Shown here: piece after piece, positions 62,801 to 64,000 of the stretch | Layout: each line of letters starts with the position of its first letter | How positions within the stretch are numbered: the stretch's first letter is position 1 | Translations under genes and position numbers: made by a program | DNA from: Antedon mediterranea | Lineage: Eukaryota > Animalia > Echinodermata | Direction: 5' to 3' | Assembly (NCBI RefSeq): GCF_964355755.1 | Contig: NC_092674.1 | Span: 11,408,001-11,472,000, forward strand | Length of the DNA: 64,000 bases | Notes under the pieces: generated by a model | What the model saw: the letters and a program-made list of their open reading frames with translations, nothing else | Databases searched by the model: none | What the model was told of the DNA's origin: nothing

Positions 62801-63197
62801 TTATCTAGCTTCCAATCTTCGTTATCTATAACATTTGCACGATAATCTGCTAAATGACATTTGATCAAGTTTCCAAATATGGAATTTCCATTTTGAAAGA
62901 AAATGTTTTGTACCCAACTTAATCATATTCTTGAATCGTTGAATATCTGTTGGTGCGTACGGTTACAATTAGCCACTTCCAGGCTGAGCTAATTGCTCAA
63001 CCATCTCCCAGTGCAGATCCATTAACATTGAAGTAGCAGGAACATCCTTGGTAGAATTCTTGCTAGGCCTATCCCTAGTTGGTTTGCCACCTTCTGGCGG
63101 GCCACTTGTGAGGCCATGCCGACTGTAAACAAAATGGTTGCCTAGCTGTATTAGAAAATAAATCCTTGAAAATCTCAATATTCAAAGTAGAATGATT
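59894..63197. repeat. Copy 2 of the ~3.3-kb duplication
   Basis: Starts gcccactattaggtttgtgggag as at 54085. Similarity stops at gaatgatt, where an unrelated ttgcgc-repeat sequence begins. Confidence 0.95.
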
Positions 63198-64000
63198 ATG
63201 TTATGCGCGATTTGAACGATTTGAAATTGCGCAAGAAAATCCTTGCGCAATTTCAAATTGCGCAGCACAATTTGTAAAATTGTAAAATTGCGCAACAGAA
63301 TTCTACCAGAATGCGTGCTAACGTCGACGATTGGTTAACAATAATAATTTATTGGAAACTAATAACTCAAAATGAAACATAATAAATGCGAAGATAACAT
63401 GTGTATAATACACAACATAAATGGCATACACAATTAAATAATATTGTCGTGGTCCGAACAAATAAAGAGGAGAAAACACTTGGTTTCTTTCCTTCAGTGC
63501 GATTTTATTAGTTTCGTCAAATCATTACATAGGCATAAGTCATTTCAGGTACAAGAATTCGAGATTTAAGATATAAGATTCAAGCCCTGCAAAATACGAA
63601 TAACAAATAACAATTGCCACTGTATCTAACAGTCAATTATAACAATAAGTAATAATGTAATAATTCACAACACTAATACAACAACGAACAATCACAATAT
63701 AATAGTACCTCAAGTTATCAACACCAACGTATGTATGACACAGCATCAACTCGTGATAACAAGATAACAACTCCTGATTATTATACTTCCGACTGAGCAA
63801 AACTAAGATAAATATTGTAAATGCAAGTTTCATTAATTGCAAGCATGATTATAGTTAACATATGGTAAATCAGTTGCTTATATATATATAAGTTAAGCTT
63901 AGTACTTACAAAATAAGAACATATCAATAGCTTAAACAAACTCTCAACCAAAACTGTAGTAACATAGCGAGAGCCAACAAAACGAACAAAAGACCCGCTC

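Noticed and set aside
63198-64000. Probable end of another DNA transposon (ttgcgc repeats)
   Set aside because: The other terminus and TSD are outside the window, so it cannot be classified.

Overview
This is eukaryotic DNA: AT-rich, animal, with spliceosomal introns. By inference it comes from a marine invertebrate, plausibly an echinoderm. There are no prokaryotic operons, CRISPR arrays or rRNA genes. Genes assembled by hand from GT-AG splice sites: (i) an NHL-repeat beta-propeller ORF (1-627, +); (ii) a 15-exon CMTR2/FTSJD1 cap2 methyltransferase (29046->18678, -, ~819 aa); (iii) a 2-exon BK-channel beta-subunit (KCNMB)-like gene (31759-32925, +, 188 aa); (iv) a 15-exon, catalytically degenerate mitochondrial seryl-tRNA synthetase paralogue of SLIMP type (38446-49177, +, ~521 aa); and a possible orphan gene at 5.4-7.8 kb (-). 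Intergenic and intronic space holds non-autonomous DNA transposons (IS3EU-, Kolobok-, Tc1/mariner-, MULE-, Harbinger- and Helentron-like), often nested, plus tRNA-derived SINEs. Most notable: (1) a ~12 kb block (51.3-63.2 kb) of short coding fragments from at least six unrelated transposon groups, all on the minus strand and partly duplicated, resembling a uni-strand piRNA cluster; (2) a 70-nt inverted copy of CMTR2 exon 11 in an upstream intron that would form an ADAR-type duplex with an A:C mismatch at a Lys codon; (3) several 21-47 bp CA..TG micro-hairpins flanked by 7-bp duplications, resembling P-element excision footprints; (4) Penelope-type minimal hammerhead ribozyme motifs. Family assignments come from motif recognition by eye; no database was searched.
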